Positions 1-12,136 are shown, counted from the first letter of the stretch. The stretch: DNA of 64,000 nt from a virus (IMGVR_UViG_3300042258_000235:25633-89632); one strand, 5' to 3'. Translations and numbers: made by a program. Notes: generated by a model not told the origin, from the letters alone.

Positions 1-7
1 TACTACT

Positions 8-490
8 TTATATTTTTCCACATACCTTATTAAGTATATCCTCTTTTTTAATTTTATATTCTAACTTTATAGCTTCTTTTTTTAATTTTTCTAATAATAG
101 ATGTTTTTCACTTAAACATGTTTCGCAATTAACGCAGGCATAATCTCTATATTTTCTACAAAAAAAGTGAAAACTTTTTCCGTTTTTAGATATAATAAAA
201 AAATTATGAAATTTATCCTGTCTTATATAAATATCTTTAAAATGTTTTTTAAAAAATTCAATAATATCAATAGGCCTTTCTATTAAATCTTGTTTTCCGG
301 ATTTTAAACATTCACAATAGGGAACATTTTTAAAAAATTCTTCTTTAGTTATTTTTTTACCAACATTTTTAAATAAATATTGTATAAAATTTAATTTTTT
401 AAATTCTCCTGAAATATTATTAAACTCTAATCTACTAGATGAATCAAAAAAACTAGCTTCATCATATAAATACGTTTTTTTATAAAACAT
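8..490 (-). CDS. hypothetical protein
   Basis: 160-aa ORF ending in TAA with an upstream AAGGTG RBS; no recognisable motif. Confidence 0.6.
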   Translation of the reverse strand: MFYKKTYLYDEASFFDSSSRLEFNNISGEFKKLNFIQYLFKNVGKKITKEEFFKNVPYCECLKSGKQDLIERPIDIIEFFKKHFKDIYIRQDKFHNFFIISKNGKSFHFFCRKYRDYACVNCETCLSEKHLLLEKLKKEAIKLEYKIKKEDILNKVCGKI

Positions 491-508
491 TATAATATCA
501 CCTTCTTT

Positions 509-757
509 TTAAAATTTATCTTTTAATCCCGGAAATAATTCAAATAATTTATTCACAGATTCTATTACTACTTCATTATAACATTTATTACATAACTCTA
601 CTGAATCTGACCTTCCTGATATAGGATTTAATTTTCTATCAACATGATAAGAATAATTTCCTTTAGTTATTTTAGTTAAATGACATAACCAAGAAAAGGT
701 ATTTAACTCTCTAGATTTAACTTCATCGCCACACCCATCACAAAAATATTTTATCAT
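509..757 (-). CDS. small Zn-binding hypothetical protein
   Basis: CDGC...CNKC pairs; AGGAG RBS upstream. Confidence 0.65.
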   Translation of the reverse strand: MIKYFCDGCGDEVKSRELNTFSWLCHLTKITKGNYSYHVDRKLNPISGRSDSVELCNKCYNEVVIESVNKLFELFPGLKDKF

Positions 758-871
758 TAAAATTTCTCCTTTTAAACAATCATAAATTTATTCTCTTTGC
801 TTTTTAGTTTTGTATCGTTGTATTCCTAATAACCCTACTTTTATCTTATCCATTTTATCCCTTTCTTCATA

Positions 872-1381
872 TTACCATGCACTATAAATAAGATAGTCAT
901 TTTCCCAGTCAAAAGTCCGGTAAATGTAAACCAGATTAAATATGGAGTATTCATATTTCCATGATTTTACAATCTCTCCGTCTGTAGTTTCTTCGTCCAG
1001 ATAATAAGGAATTGAAAATTTACCACACCATTCTATTGCTTTGCCATTTATAAATGTCTGGACATCATCTTTACCTTTTGCAAGTCTTTCATACATATTA
1101 TAAATAAGTTCGTGATAGTCATAGATGAGTTCTTTCAAGTCTTCTTTTGACATGATATAAAATTCGCAGTCTTCTTCCTCTTCTATATCAAAATCGTAAA
1201 AGTTTATTTTTCCTTTTGTAAACTCAAAATACTTTCCAAGTTCAAAGAGTTCAGTATGAGCATTAGGACGATAACACACAAAGTCTTCACCCATCATGGC
1301 TGCAACCTCTTCGTAACTTTTTCCTTTGTATTTTTCTTTTTCTGTTTTAGCGATTTTACCGAGCCTTGATCTATAACTCAT
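872..1381 (-). CDS. hypothetical accessory protein
   Basis: 169-aa ORF with AAGGA RBS; all Trp codons are TGG. Confidence 0.7.
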   Translation of the reverse strand: MSYRSRLGKIAKTEKEKYKGKSYEEVAAMMGEDFVCYRPNAHTELFELGKYFEFTKGKINFYDFDIEEEEDCEFYIMSKEDLKELIYDYHELIYNMYERLAKGKDDVQTFINGKAIEWCGKFSIPYYLDEETTDGEIVKSWKYEYSIFNLVYIYRTFDWENDYLIYSAW

Positions 1382-1604
1382 TTTGTCATCCTTTTTATTA
1401 TGGCCGTGATAGAGATTTGTATGTAAAGTTTTATGTTTGTTGTGGTGTGATGTATATTAATTATACCCTCTGAAACGGGCTTTAAAGTTTAATTTAAAAT
1501 TTTTAATGTAAGAATTTCATCTTCCTTTAAAGACGACAAGTTCTCTTTATTGTCTTTAAGTAGTAATTTAAGACCTTTTCTTAACTGACTATATAAAAAC
1601 TCCT

Positions 1605-2576
1605 CTACAGTAGGTCTTTTACTCCATGACCTACTTTCTTAAAATTTTTACGTATTTTGTTGTATATCTCTTCGTATTTTATGCTTCTGGTATCTTCAAC
1701 TGAGAACATATCTACCCACCTAGCACCTTTTATACTGTTTAAGCACACAGCATCTTTTTTACAGGTATTTATAATATATCTGCTTTCTACACCCACCACT
1801 CGTTCTGTGATTTCTATAACATCACCCACTCTAAAAGTAGGTTTAGGTTTAAATTCTTTAACATACCCTTGCCTGATTGCAAAATTTAACCATGCTTTGC
1901 GGTTTGGTTTGTGTAGCTCCTTTAGTAGAATGTCACCATTATCACTTTTAAAATAAATAGTAGAAAACGCACTGTAATCATGTTCAAAACACCAAACCTT
2001 AAAATCTTCTTTGGCTATACATTCTGGTATGGCATTTAACACACTATTTACACTTATATAATTATAGTTTGTGTTCCATTCATACTTTTTTTCTTCACAC
2101 ATTCCATCTTCTTTCTTGTTATTAGTACTATCTTCCCCGTATACCGCATTCCAAAAGGGGATTATTTTATAATTATTTTCTATATAAAAAGAAATTTTAG
2201 AATAAGTACAATCAAATAACCCATAACAAGTTTTCTCTTGATAGTAATTCCATCGGTTATTAGTTAAACAAGACTCACCGTTGCACCATATTTTCCCAAG
2301 CTTATCCATAAACCAGCATAACGCTTCAGCCATCCATTTTTCAGGACAATGGATAACAGTATTTTTTTGCATGGCTTCAGGTTTTATGCTTAAATATTGA
2401 TAGTCATATTTATCTATCATTTTTTGTGTTAATACACTATTGACTAGTTTATAAGAATTTTGTTTACAGTAACTCATAAAATCCGTCCCTACTTGCCTAA
2501 TCTCTATAGAACCTTTTTTATTTGTGCAAGTAACCCAATCGTCTGGTTTTAAGTTTTCTAATAGTAAAGTAGACAT
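1605..2576 (-). CDS. hypothetical accessory protein
   Basis: 323-aa ORF with GGAG RBS; 10 Trp, all TGG. Confidence 0.7.
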   Translation of the reverse strand: MSTLLLENLKPDDWVTCTNKKGSIEIRQVGTDFMSYCKQNSYKLVNSVLTQKMIDKYDYQYLSIKPEAMQKNTVIHCPEKWMAEALCWFMDKLGKIWCNGESCLTNNRWNYYQEKTCYGLFDCTYSKISFYIENNYKIIPFWNAVYGEDSTNNKKEDGMCEEKKYEWNTNYNYISVNSVLNAIPECIAKEDFKVWCFEHDYSAFSTIYFKSDNGDILLKELHKPNRKAWLNFAIRQGYVKEFKPKPTFRVGDVIEITERVVGVESRYIINTCKKDAVCLNSIKGARWVDMFSVEDTRSIKYEEIYNKIRKNFKKVGHGVKDLL

Positions 2577-2586
2577 TTAATTCTCC

Positions 2587-2967
2587 TTATTTAAGTTCTA
2601 CAGATTCAAATTCTTTTAAAAATTCTAAAGACGAATTTCTACTTTTAATACTCATTTTACAAATTCTTAATAATTTTGTAAAATCTTCATTATTTTTAAT
2701 ATTAATAATAAAGGGCTCAAATTCATCAATAATTCTTATATATCCTGTATCTACTAACCATGTTAGTAGCTCTTCATTATTTTCTAAATATACTTGTATA
2801 TCTTTAATATAAAACATACTAGACCATACTGCTTTAGATTTTCTATTTAAAATATCACAATTTAATTCTTTTAAAAATTCTAAATATTTGTAACAGATAT
2901 CTAATGTTGGTCCATTAGATAAAAAGTCTCCTATAGTCATATCTTTAATTACTTCATATTTTTTCAT
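2587..2967 (-). CDS. hypothetical protein
   Basis: 126-aa ORF with AGGAG RBS, directly downstream of a sigma70-type promoter. Confidence 0.7.
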   Translation of the reverse strand: MKKYEVIKDMTIGDFLSNGPTLDICYKYLEFLKELNCDILNRKSKAVWSSMFYIKDIQVYLENNEELLTWLVDTGYIRIIDEFEPFIINIKNNEDFTKLLRICKMSIKSRNSSLEFLKEFESVELK

Positions 2968-2992
2968 TTTGTTAATCTCCTTTTAATAATAA

Positions 2993-3021
2993 ATTATAAA
3001 TAAATTTTATAAAATTGTAAA
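2993..3021 (-). promoter_or_regulatory. sigma70-like early promoter TTTACA-N17-TATAAT
   Basis: Near-consensus -35/-10 with a 17-nt spacer, upstream of the leftward small-ORF cluster. The same TTTACA-N17 pattern recurs at about 21025, 28176, 29675, 33322, 39506 and 41581. Confidence 0.7.
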
Positions 3022-3024
3022 TAC

Positions 3025-5298
3025 TTATTTTTCATTTATTTTACTATAACCTGCTTCTTTAATAATATAAATGATTTTTTCTATACCTATGTCTGAAATT
3101 TCTTTTCTATGAGATATCAAAAAAACTTTAAGATTATCATTTTTTTGTTTTAAAGATATAATATTCATTAATTTCTGTACTCCTTCTGAATCAACACTTG
3201 AATCTAAAACCTCATCAAGTATTAAAATATCAGGTATATTTTTTGCTTTTAATTTTAAAATATCATATAACGCCATTTGAATTGCTAAATCAAGAGATTT
3301 TTTTTCTGCACCTGATAAATTACCAACACTGCAACTAGAAATACCCGGGCCTTTTATCTCAGCATCCAACCAACCATCTAATACAACATAATAATTCATT
3401 CCACAGTCGGATAAATATTGATTAACTTTTTGATTTATAATAGGTACTATATTAGATATAGCATATTGTTTAATTTGATCATCACCACATAATTTTTTTA
3501 TTAATAAGAAATAATTTATATCAGAAATATTAATATCTAAAGATTTCTGTGACGATTCAATTTCTTTATTAAATTTTATTATTTTATCATTATTATCCTT
3601 AATATATTTTTTTATTCTTGATATTTCTGATTTTTTATTTTTAATGCTATTTTCTTCTTCTTTAATTTTATCAAAAATATCTAGAGACTTTTTCCATTCA
3701 ACTATATTTAATAATTCAGATTTACATTCATTTAATTTAGAAACAAAATATATTCTAGATTTTTCTAATTTCTCTATAGCTTTAATATATCTCAGATAAT
3801 TATTTTGCTCTTTTATTTTACTATTAACATCATTATATTTTTCTGCTTCTATTTTTTTATTTTTTTCGTTATCATAATAATTTGATAGTTTATTTAATGT
3901 ATTAAAATATCTTTGATATGTTATTACATTATTTTTTGTTTTATGTAAATCATCTAAGTTTTTAGTGATTTCTTCTCTTTTGTTTCTTGATTCTATTAAC
4001 AGATCTCTTTTATTTTTTGATTCTTTAAGTTTTAAAAATAAGTCATTTTTTTCTTCTGTTAATCTATTTTCTTCATTTTTAAGATGATTTTCAATATATT
4101 TTTCATCTGAAAAAGTTGATCCACATACTGGGCAATTTATATTATCTTTATATTTAAAAGATTCTTTTATTTTATCTAATTCTTCGATTTTTTGTGTAAA
4201 AATTAATTTTGTTTCTATTATTTGTTTTTCAATTTCTTTTAATTCATTACTATCAAAACTAATATGTTTTAATTCTTCAGATTGATCTATAATATCATTA
4301 TCGATTTCATTTATATTATATAGTGAATATTTTTCAAAATTCTTTATTTTTGTTTTAATTTCAATAAGTTTATTTGAAAATCTATTAATAAGATTTTCAT
4401 CTATATCATATTGTGAATATTTTTTTAATTCTTCACCTAAGTTATCATCATAAAAATTATTATTTTTATTTTTTATATTTACATTTTTAATTGATGATTC
4501 TATCTTCTGTACAATAGATTTAAATTTTTCTGTTTCTTCTTTAATCTTAGATATATAATCATTTGAATATTTTTCATTATCTATATTTTCACTCTGTTTT
4601 TTTAATAATGTTAATTTATCTGTTGATATATCTATATTATCTATATCTGATTGTAAAGAACTATTATTTTGTTTTAATTCATTTATATATTTTAAATCTG
4701 ATTCTATTTGTGAATTTAATTTAATATTAATTTCTTTTAATTCATTAATTTTAGCAGTTGCTTTTTTATTTAATTCTGAATATGAATCAAGAGAAAATAA
4801 ATTTTCGAGAATTTTTCTTTTTTGGGGTTTTGGCATATCAAATATGCTTGGTGTATTATTAGGATTAGAATATATTAAACCAACAAATGTCTTATAATCT
4901 AATTGTAAAATTTTATCTTCTAAAAAATTTTGCATATCTGTATTAGATGATAATTGATCTATTAATTCTTCATTTAAATAAATTTCAAAAATATCGGGTT
5001 TTATACCTCTAATAATTTTATAATTCTTATTACCAATAGAAAAATCTATTTTCACTAAACATTTTTTTCTATTCTTCCAATTTATTATATCAGCTTTTTT
5101 AATGTTTTTTATTGTTTTACCATACAGACCTCATACTATACTCTCTAGAAGATTTGTTTTTCCAATAAAATTTTTTCTTTTTGTGGATTTATTTTCACCT
5201 GTTATAAGATAAAGATTATTAGAAAATGATATATGTTGAGGTTTTTTTCCAAATGATAAAAAATTTGATACTTCTATATTTTTAATTATTATTCTCAT
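3025..5298 (-). CDS. gp46: recombination endonuclease ATPase subunit (T4 gp46 / SbcC-Rad50-like)
   Basis: Reading through TGA at 5131-5133 (IV-W-GLYGK) adds the N-terminus MRIIIKNIEVSNFLSFG and a Walker A-like motif (FIGKT). Also has a CPVC zinc hook, LSGAEK signature and ILILDE Walker B. Confidence 0.92.
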
Positions 5299-5333
5299 AT
5301 TTTCCCTTTAAAATATTATATTAATTTAAGTTA

Positions 5334-7172
5334 CTATATTTCTTCTATCATTTTAAATAATTCTTCATATTCAATAATATCTATGTTTAAAGATTTTGCT
5401 TTTTTCATTTTACTTGATGAAGAATTAAGATCATCAGTTACAAGAAAATTAGTATTTTTACTTATACCTTTAACAATACCCCCTAAATCAGATATATTTT
5501 TTTCTAGTTCTTTTCTACCCATTTTTTCACATTTGCCAGTTAATGTAAATATTTTATTATTAATTAAAATATTATTAGAAATTATTTCTTTATTTTTTAT
5601 TGATAAACCATTGTTTTTTAAAAAATAATATGTTTCTATATAATTTGGTATTTCATTAGAAAAAACCTTTGATAATTTATTTCCAATACCATCTATACTT
5701 AAATAAAAATTTTCTTTCATTTTAAATATATCTTCAAAATTATCTAATTTATTGCATATTTTTTTAGCAGTTTCTTGTGAAAGATTTGATATACCAAAAG
5801 AAGCTAATAATTTATAATCTTCAACTTCAGTAAGAATTTTAGAATAAATTTCATTAATAATTATTTCAGCTGATTTTTCTCCAAATCCTTCTTTTGAAAT
5901 AATATCATTTTTTGTAATAGTAATTAATTCTTCTATTGTGGAAATATTAAGATTAATAAGAGTTTGTTCAGAAATGTTTTCTACTTCTAAATGTCTAATA
6001 AAATTAGATAATTGACCAAAAGTTTGAGCTGAACAATTTTTATTATCACAATAGAGATGAACTCCTTTAGTTTTTAAATTATTACCACAAGATTGACATT
6101 TACCAGGGAAAATATAATGACTATAAAAATTTTCTTCATCGGATTTAATTCTAATTATTTTTGGTATAACATCATTTGATCTTATTACCCAAACATTACA
6201 CCCAGGATATATAGAATTATCTAAAACATATTTATAATTATAGAGTGTAACATTTGAAATTTCAACTCCATCTACAATAACTGGCTCTATTTCAGCAACA
6301 GGAACAACATTTCCTGTTCTTGTTGTTTCCCATTTAATATTTTTTAAAGTGGTTTTAATTCCCTTTTCATCATTTACTTTATAAGAAATTTTATGTTTAG
6401 GATATTTTACATTTTCTCTTTCTTTATCATCTACTGAAAGAACAAGGCCATCAATATCATAATCTTTTGTTTCTTTTGAATTTTTAATAATATAATTTAA
6501 ATATTGTAAATCTTCTTTTAAAACATATACATAATAAATTAAAAATAAAGGTGTATTAAAGCCATAAGAAGAAAGCAATTCTAGAGATTCATATTGAGAT
6601 TTTAAAGGTGAATCTATCCATTCATACTGTTTTACATGTAGCAGATGATCAAACGTTGAATATTCATCAGCAATAATTGCTGAAGCAAAATGTCTTCGTG
6701 TTTTATATCCATGTATTTTATAATCATCATTAAGAGTTAATATTTCTCCTCTTAATTCACCTGTAAAGTCACCACAACAATAATCTTTAAATTTATGTGT
6801 TATATCCTGACCTACTTCTCCATTGCCTCTTGTAATGGCTTTAATCAATTTGCCATCTTTAAATTTTGAATAAACTGATAAGCCATCCAATTTTTCAGAT
6901 ATAAGTATATTTGTATTATCTGGATATTTTTCAATCCATTCAATAATATTTTCTGGTTTATATTTTTTAAGAGACCCAAGAACATATGGAAGTTGAACTT
7001 TATTTTTTTTAATTTTTGCTCCAACTTCTTTAAAATATTTATTTCTCGGATATTGAGATCTAGTTTTTTCTTTTAATTCATCATATTCAACATCAGATAA
7101 CTCTGATGTTCCTGTATTATAATAATCATTATCAAGTTTTTTTAAATAATTTATACTCTCTTTTTCATTCAT
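5334..7172 (-). CDS. ligA: NAD-dependent DNA ligase
   Basis: SEKLDG adenylation motif, TRGNGEVGQD, DIDGLV, OB fold, Zn finger, HhH and a C-terminal BRCT-like domain. Confidence 0.95.
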   Translation of the reverse strand: MNEKESINYLKKLDNDYYNTGTSELSDVEYDELKEKTRSQYPRNKYFKEVGAKIKKNKVQLPYVLGSLKKYKPENIIEWIEKYPDNTNILISEKLDGLSVYSKFKDGKLIKAITRGNGEVGQDITHKFKDYCCGDFTGELRGEILTLNDDYKIHGYKTRRHFASAIIADEYSTFDHLLHVKQYEWIDSPLKSQYESLELLSSYGFNTPLFLIYYVYVLKEDLQYLNYIIKNSKETKDYDIDGLVLSVDDKERENVKYPKHKISYKVNDEKGIKTTLKNIKWETTRTGNVVPVAEIEPVIVDGVEISNVTLYNYKYVLDNSIYPGCNVWVIRSNDVIPKIIRIKSDEENFYSHYIFPGKCQSCGNNLKTKGVHLYCDNKNCSAQTFGQLSNFIRHLEVENISEQTLINLNISTIEELITITKNDIISKEGFGEKSAEIIINEIYSKILTEVEDYKLLASFGISNLSQETAKKICNKLDNFEDIFKMKENFYLSIDGIGNKLSKVFSNEIPNYIETYYFLKNNGLSIKNKEIISNNILINNKIFTLTGKCEKMGRKELEKNISDLGGIVKGISKNTNFLVTDDLNSSSSKMKKAKSLNIDIIEYEELFKMIEEI

Positions 7173-7182
7173 TCTTTTTCTC

Positions 7183-7314
7183 CTATAGACAAAATAACAT
7201 TACAATGTTTAAATATCCAATAATAGTAATTAATATTGCCGCTAATATATTTGAAATAAAATTAAATTTTCTTTTATCTTTTTTAGACTTACATAAATAC
7301 ACATAATCTTTCAT
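7183..7314 (-). CDS. small membrane protein
   Basis: 43-aa ORF (MKDYVYLCK...ILAAILITIIGYLNIVMLFCL) with an AGGAG RBS. Confidence 0.45.
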   Translation of the reverse strand: MKDYVYLCKSKKDKRKFNFISNILAAILITIIGYLNIVMLFCL

Positions 7315-7413
7315 ATTTTATCTCCTTTAATTTTAAATATTTTAATATATTTTAATTTTATCTATTTGTAAATATGTTTTTTTAATAAAATAATGAAAGA
7401 AATGTAAAAATTA

Positions 7414-7466
7414 AGACACTCTATTGATATAAATTATAGTATTATTGATTTATTAATAGAGTGTCT
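7414..7466. terminator. inverted repeat / putative terminator after the topoisomerase operon
   Basis: 12-bp inverted repeat AGACACTCTATT...AATAGAGTGTCT. Confidence 0.45.
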
Positions 7467-7486
7467 CTAGTGTGTTATTTGGTGAC

Positions 7487-8776
7487 TTAGATGTTATTTT
7501 TAAGATCTATTAAATCTATTTTATAGAGTTCTTTTGCAGTTATTTCCTCATAATATTTTTTCTCTTCTATAAATTCTTTTATTTTTTTCTTTAATTCTAT
7601 AATAGATTCAGTGTTAAGTTGTGTTATTTGTATTGTTAAAAATTTATCTAAATATTCATTTTTATATTTTTTATTAAAATCATCATAAACTTGTTTTTTA
7701 TTTTTTTCTTTAAAATTATATGACATTGCATCTATAATAAACTTTATTTTTTCAAAATTAAACTTTATTTTTTCATTTAAATCATTTATTCTTTTTAATC
7801 TTCTCTGTTCAAAAATATTTAACCTAAAAGAAATAAATCTGTCTAATAATTCATAGATATCTTTAAATATATAGAGCTGATTATTTTCATCAAGCGTTGT
7901 AATATTATAATTTATGTTTGTTTTTAATTTAAGATAAGAAATAGGATCTTCCCAAACTTTAGATTTTTTATCTAATTTTACAGTAATATCCCAGTTTGTT
8001 TTTGAATTATCTATATATTCATTAATATCATTATTATCTTCTAATGACTGAAGAATTTTTAAATATTTTTCTCGATCATAAGAAACAGGTACTTCTGTTA
8101 TATGTATTTCTTTATCAGATATTTTAATATATTTTCCATATTGAATAAAATTATCTTCTTCTTCAACAGTAGGTACTGAATATCCTTTATAAAAAGGTAA
8201 AATTTTATTAGTTTTTTTATTTTCAAGTTTATTTAAAATATATTCTATTATTTCATTTGTGTCGTGATTTGGTATATCAACAGCAAAACCTACAGCGATA
8301 CCCTTTGCTCCATTAACTAGTATATTAGGTATTATTGGTAAATAATATAAGGGTTCTGGATATTCAGGATCAACATTTTCTGGACATAAATCAAAATCTT
8401 TAAAAACATAATCTATAATTTTTGATTTTTTAACATAAATATATCTTGGAGCTGAAGCTTCCTTTATAAATCTATTGCCAAAGGTGCCTTTTTGTTCAAA
8501 TAATGGTAAATTATTTGAACCACAAAAATCTTGTGCCATTTTAGTCAAAGCTGAAGCTGCTGAAACATCACCATGATTATAATTCATTAGTGTTATAATT
8601 TCACCAGATATTGAAGCAACCTTCTCAAATGATTTTTTGTTTTTAACTAGAGTAAATAATTTTCTATTAACATTTTTAAATCCATCTATATATGATGGTA
8701 TAGCTCGACTTGAAATTACGTATTTTGAAAATGATTTGTATTCATTTTCAATTACATCAGAAATAGTTTTATTCAT
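7487..8776 (-). CDS. gp52: DNA topoisomerase II medium subunit (T4 gp52 / GyrA-ParC-like)
   Basis: RAIPSYIDGFK, YNHGD, SAPRY (catalytic Tyr), LVNGAKGIAVGF. Confidence 0.95.
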   Translation of the reverse strand: MNKTISDVIENEYKSFSKYVISSRAIPSYIDGFKNVNRKLFTLVKNKKSFEKVASISGEIITLMNYNHGDVSAASALTKMAQDFCGSNNLPLFEQKGTFGNRFIKEASAPRYIYVKKSKIIDYVFKDFDLCPENVDPEYPEPLYYLPIIPNILVNGAKGIAVGFAVDIPNHDTNEIIEYILNKLENKKTNKILPFYKGYSVPTVEEEDNFIQYGKYIKISDKEIHITEVPVSYDREKYLKILQSLEDNNDINEYIDNSKTNWDITVKLDKKSKVWEDPISYLKLKTNINYNITTLDENNQLYIFKDIYELLDRFISFRLNIFEQRRLKRINDLNEKIKFNFEKIKFIIDAMSYNFKEKNKKQVYDDFNKKYKNEYLDKFLTIQITQLNTESIIELKKKIKEFIEEKKYYEEITAKELYKIDLIDLKNNI

Positions 8777-8786
8777 AAATTAATTC

Positions 8787-10595
8787 CTATTTTCCTAATA
8801 ACCATTCTTTTCTTTGTTGTATAGTTTTTGAACTAAAAGCTAAATCTAATTTCTCTCTTGCATATTCATCCTCTGAAATAGAAACAAGAGTATCTAACAT
8901 TTTTTTATATTGTTCTAAACTTAACGAACCTAAACCTTTATTATGCTCGATGATTTTTAATTTATCATAATTCTCATAATTATGATATTCTGTTAATGAA
9001 TAAAATTCTAATTTTTTATTATTTGATAAATCATTTGCAATAATTAAAGGGGATATTGCTCAAAATAATTTATTTTGCTTGATTAAATCAGGCCAAAATG
9101 TATAAAAAAAATTTACAAGGGTTGCCATTATCGCTCCACCATCTGGGTCCTGGTCAGTCATTATTACAATTTTACAATATCTTAAATTTTCTATATTAGA
9201 ATCTGTTAAAGATAACCCTGTGGTTGATAATATATCAGAAATTTCTTGATTTTTTATTAATTTATCAAGAGGTGTGTCTTGTGGAGAAATAACCTTGCCT
9301 CTTAATGGATAACCAGCTTGATGTTTTTCTCTTACTTCTATAAATCGAGATAATGCCGATTCTCCTTCTGTTATATATAAAACACATTTTGATCTATCTC
9401 GTTCATTTGCTTCTATAAGTTTAAGAATATTTTTCTTTTTTATTTTTTTTTCTGTATTTTTTATTTTTTCTCTTTTTTTTAATTCTTCTTTAATCTTATA
9501 TGTTTCTAAAATAGGAAACATAATTGATTCATTTTTATATATTTTATGTGCTAGTTTATCAAAATCTATATCATCTAATAAATGTGAAAATTCTTTATTT
9601 ACATTTATTAAATATTCTTTTGTTTGAGAATCAAATCGAGGAGCTTTAAAATTTCTGTAATTAATAATAAAATTTAATTTATTTTTAATATCTGAGGGTT
9701 TAATATCTTTATATTTTTTAACTATTAATTCTTTTAATGAATATGTTAACTTATTTATTATAAAGTCAACATGATTCCCACCTCTTATTGTATTTATTCC
9801 ATTAACAAATGAAACTGGTTCATAATCTCCAGAAAAAATACATATATCTACATTTTCATTAGAAGAAATTATATTATCATCAGAATAATATTCACAGTAT
9901 TTTTTAAAATTACTATCTACTGTTTTACCATTAAAAATAAATTTAATATCTGGAAAACAGATAGCATAATCCATAACACATTTTAATAATAAATTAAAAT
10001 GTGTTTCATCTAATTCTTTTAGACCAAATCTCTTATAATCTGGTAAATACTCTATTTTAGTATACTGTTTTGAATTTTTATTTATTTTATAATCATATTC
10101 TGATAAATTATTTTTACAAAATAATTGAGTTTTATATTCTCCGTTTCCTGTTTCTACATTAAATATTTTAGAAAAAATGTTTGTTATAGAAGCACCTACT
10201 CCATTTTGCCCAATAGAATTTGAATTATCTGAAAAATTACTTCCTGTTTTCAAATTAGTAAAAACTGCAACAGAACTTGGTATATTTAATTCTGGAATGA
10301 TATCAGATGAAATACCTCTTCCATTATCCTCAACAATAATTAAATCTTTATCAATTTTTATTTTTATTTTATCAGAATATTTTCCTTTTGTTTTAATAAA
10401 CTCATCTATAGAATTTGAAACTATTTCTTTAAATATTGTAATAAAACCCGGAACATATTTAAATTTCTTTTTTAATATTTTATTATCTCAATAAATAAAG
10501 CCTTCTTTATTATTGAATTTTATAGAACCAATATACATCCCAGGTCTTACCAAGACATGATTTATATCGTCCATGGTTATTATTTTGTCTGTCAT
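8787..10595 (-). CDS. gp39: DNA topoisomerase II large subunit (fused gp39+gp60 / GyrB-ParE-like)
   Basis: With TGA read-through at 10488 and 9060: HVLVRPGMYIGS, GQNGVG, TEGESA, PLRGK, MTDQDPDG, KGLGSL; 602 aa, ends in TAG. Confidence 0.93.
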
Positions 10596-10600
10596 AAAAA

Positions 10601-11851
10601 TTAGGCACATTCCTCCACGGGGCTTGCCACGTGGAGGAATGTGCCCCTCCTTTCAATTAAAGTTGTTGTTCTTGCAGTTAACCTCGTACAGTTTTTCTTT
10701 ACATTTACTGACGGATTGATTACCTTACCTTCTAAATCAGATATGGCAAAAAATCCTGTACTTCTTTTGCCCTTGATAAAGCCAGTAACCTTCGGTGTTT
10801 GGATATAATCAAACTTTCTCAACCCAAACAGTTTGCCTGTTGGTATTCTTTTCTCGGAACGAATGCCTTGCGTTTGTCGATAATCTCCCTTGGAAACATG
10901 TTTTTTAAAATAAACAGTCGAAGATATATCAATAATTTCCCCTTCTTCACAGCATATTGCTACAGCATCGTTATAGTGCGTCTTCGGTAATTTTAGTATT
11001 TGTTCCCTTTTAAACTTGGTTTGGTAACCAAATGTTTCTTCAAAATCACCAAACTGCTTTTCCAATTGAGATTTTACAATACCGACCTCAGTAGCATGTT
11101 TCGTTTTACTTCTTATGCCTTTGATTTCAAACTCACCATTGTGCAATTTATCATGGCAATCTGAACAAAGAACAATCAAATTTTCTGGAGAATCTGTTCC
11201 TCCATTGCTCCTAAATACAACATGATGAACGTGCAACTTACCTTTCCTGGTTTTGCATTTCTGGCATTGATATCCATCACGATGCAAAACATAGGCTTTT
11301 ACATTATAGAATCCTTTTTGATTGCCTTTCTGGTAATCCCATCTTTTAACATCAGGATTGGATATCTTATGGATATCAAAACTTGCTATCTCAACTTTCC
11401 AGCGGGACACAGGTAATATAGATTCAACAAACTTCTTTTCCCTCAAATGGGAATTAACTTTTGATTTAATGCTTGGAGCAAGCCTACCTTCTTTTCGCAT
11501 AGAAGCTCTGTTTTGCCAACGGGCTTTTCTGTATCGTGTTTTTCTGCTTCGCCTGTTTCTACGATACATTCTTCTTTGTTCCATCTTCTTTAAAACATCC
11601 TGACGGATTTGAACTTCTGATTGATAAACTACTTTACCATTTGCAATGGCAGCACAACCAATCGTCTTGCTGCCTGTATCCATACCAGCAACGACTTCTT
11701 GTTTATACTCAGTGGTATCTACAAGAAGCTTAATAGTAAACGGAGTTCTTCTAATGCACTTTGCTTTGCCTTCTTTCAGTAATAACCTTGCAATTACAGG
11801 TCTTGTCGGCATCAACGGTTGTCCTTCTTTGTTTAATACATAAACTTCCAT
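10601..11851 (-). CDS. iscB: IscB RNA-guided endonuclease
   Basis: PLMP N-terminus, RuvC-I GMDTG, Arg-rich bridge helix, RuvC-II VE, HNH (CQKC...HVHH...NLIVLCSDCH), RuvC-III HYNDA. Confidence 0.95.
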   Translation of the reverse strand: MEVYVLNKEGQPLMPTRPVIARLLLKEGKAKCIRRTPFTIKLLVDTTEYKQEVVAGMDTGSKTIGCAAIANGKVVYQSEVQIRQDVLKKMEQRRMYRRNRRSRKTRYRKARWQNRASMRKEGRLAPSIKSKVNSHLREKKFVESILPVSRWKVEIASFDIHKISNPDVKRWDYQKGNQKGFYNVKAYVLHRDGYQCQKCKTRKGKLHVHHVVFRSNGGTDSPENLIVLCSDCHDKLHNGEFEIKGIRSKTKHATEVGIVKSQLEKQFGDFEETFGYQTKFKREQILKLPKTHYNDAVAICCEEGEIIDISSTVYFKKHVSKGDYRQTQGIRSEKRIPTGKLFGLRKFDYIQTPKVTGFIKGKRSTGFFAISDLEGKVINPSVNVKKNCTRLTARTTTLIERRGTFLHVASPVEECA

Positions 11852-12135
11852 CAGTTAAATCCTCCTGTAAACAGGGTAATGCGTATTCAAAGCTTCGGAG
11901 TTGCTTTGAAATCCGACCTCACCTCGACCAGATATGGAAAGGTTTGACGATACAGACACTTCGCCTACCACACAGCGATGTTTAATCTGCATCCGAAGAG
12001 GAAAGTGCTGGTGCGACACACTTTCGTTCCTAATTTCTTTCCTATCGTTTACTAACAACCTTACATCCTGTTAGTGGTCTGGTAACCTTGTGGCTCTCTT
12101 TCAAAAGCCACGGGGCTTGCCCCGTGGTAGGTTAC
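11852..12135 (-). ncRNA. omegaRNA (HEARO-type) scaffold
   Basis: About 280 nt of structured, GC-richer non-coding sequence between the element 5' end and iscB, with several hairpins and ending in the iscB RBS (AGGAGG). Confidence 0.82.
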
Positions 12136-12136
12136 T

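Larger units (their letters stand above)
10596..12135 (-). mobile_element. IS200/IS605-family IscB (OMEGA) element, non-autonomous
   Basis: GC content above the flanks; near-identical hairpins at both ends (CCACGGGGCAAGCCCCGTGG and CCACGTGGCAAGCCCCGTGG); 5' end GTAACCTACC; encodes omegaRNA plus IscB and no TnpA. Confidence 0.88.

Noticed and set aside
8787..9100. T4 gene 60-style translational bypass or split topoisomerase
   Set aside because: The frame is continuous once TGA is read as Trp, giving a single fused subunit
11855..12058. 67-aa ORF upstream of iscB
   Set aside because: It lies within the omegaRNA scaffold; most likely a by-product of GC-richer non-coding sequence
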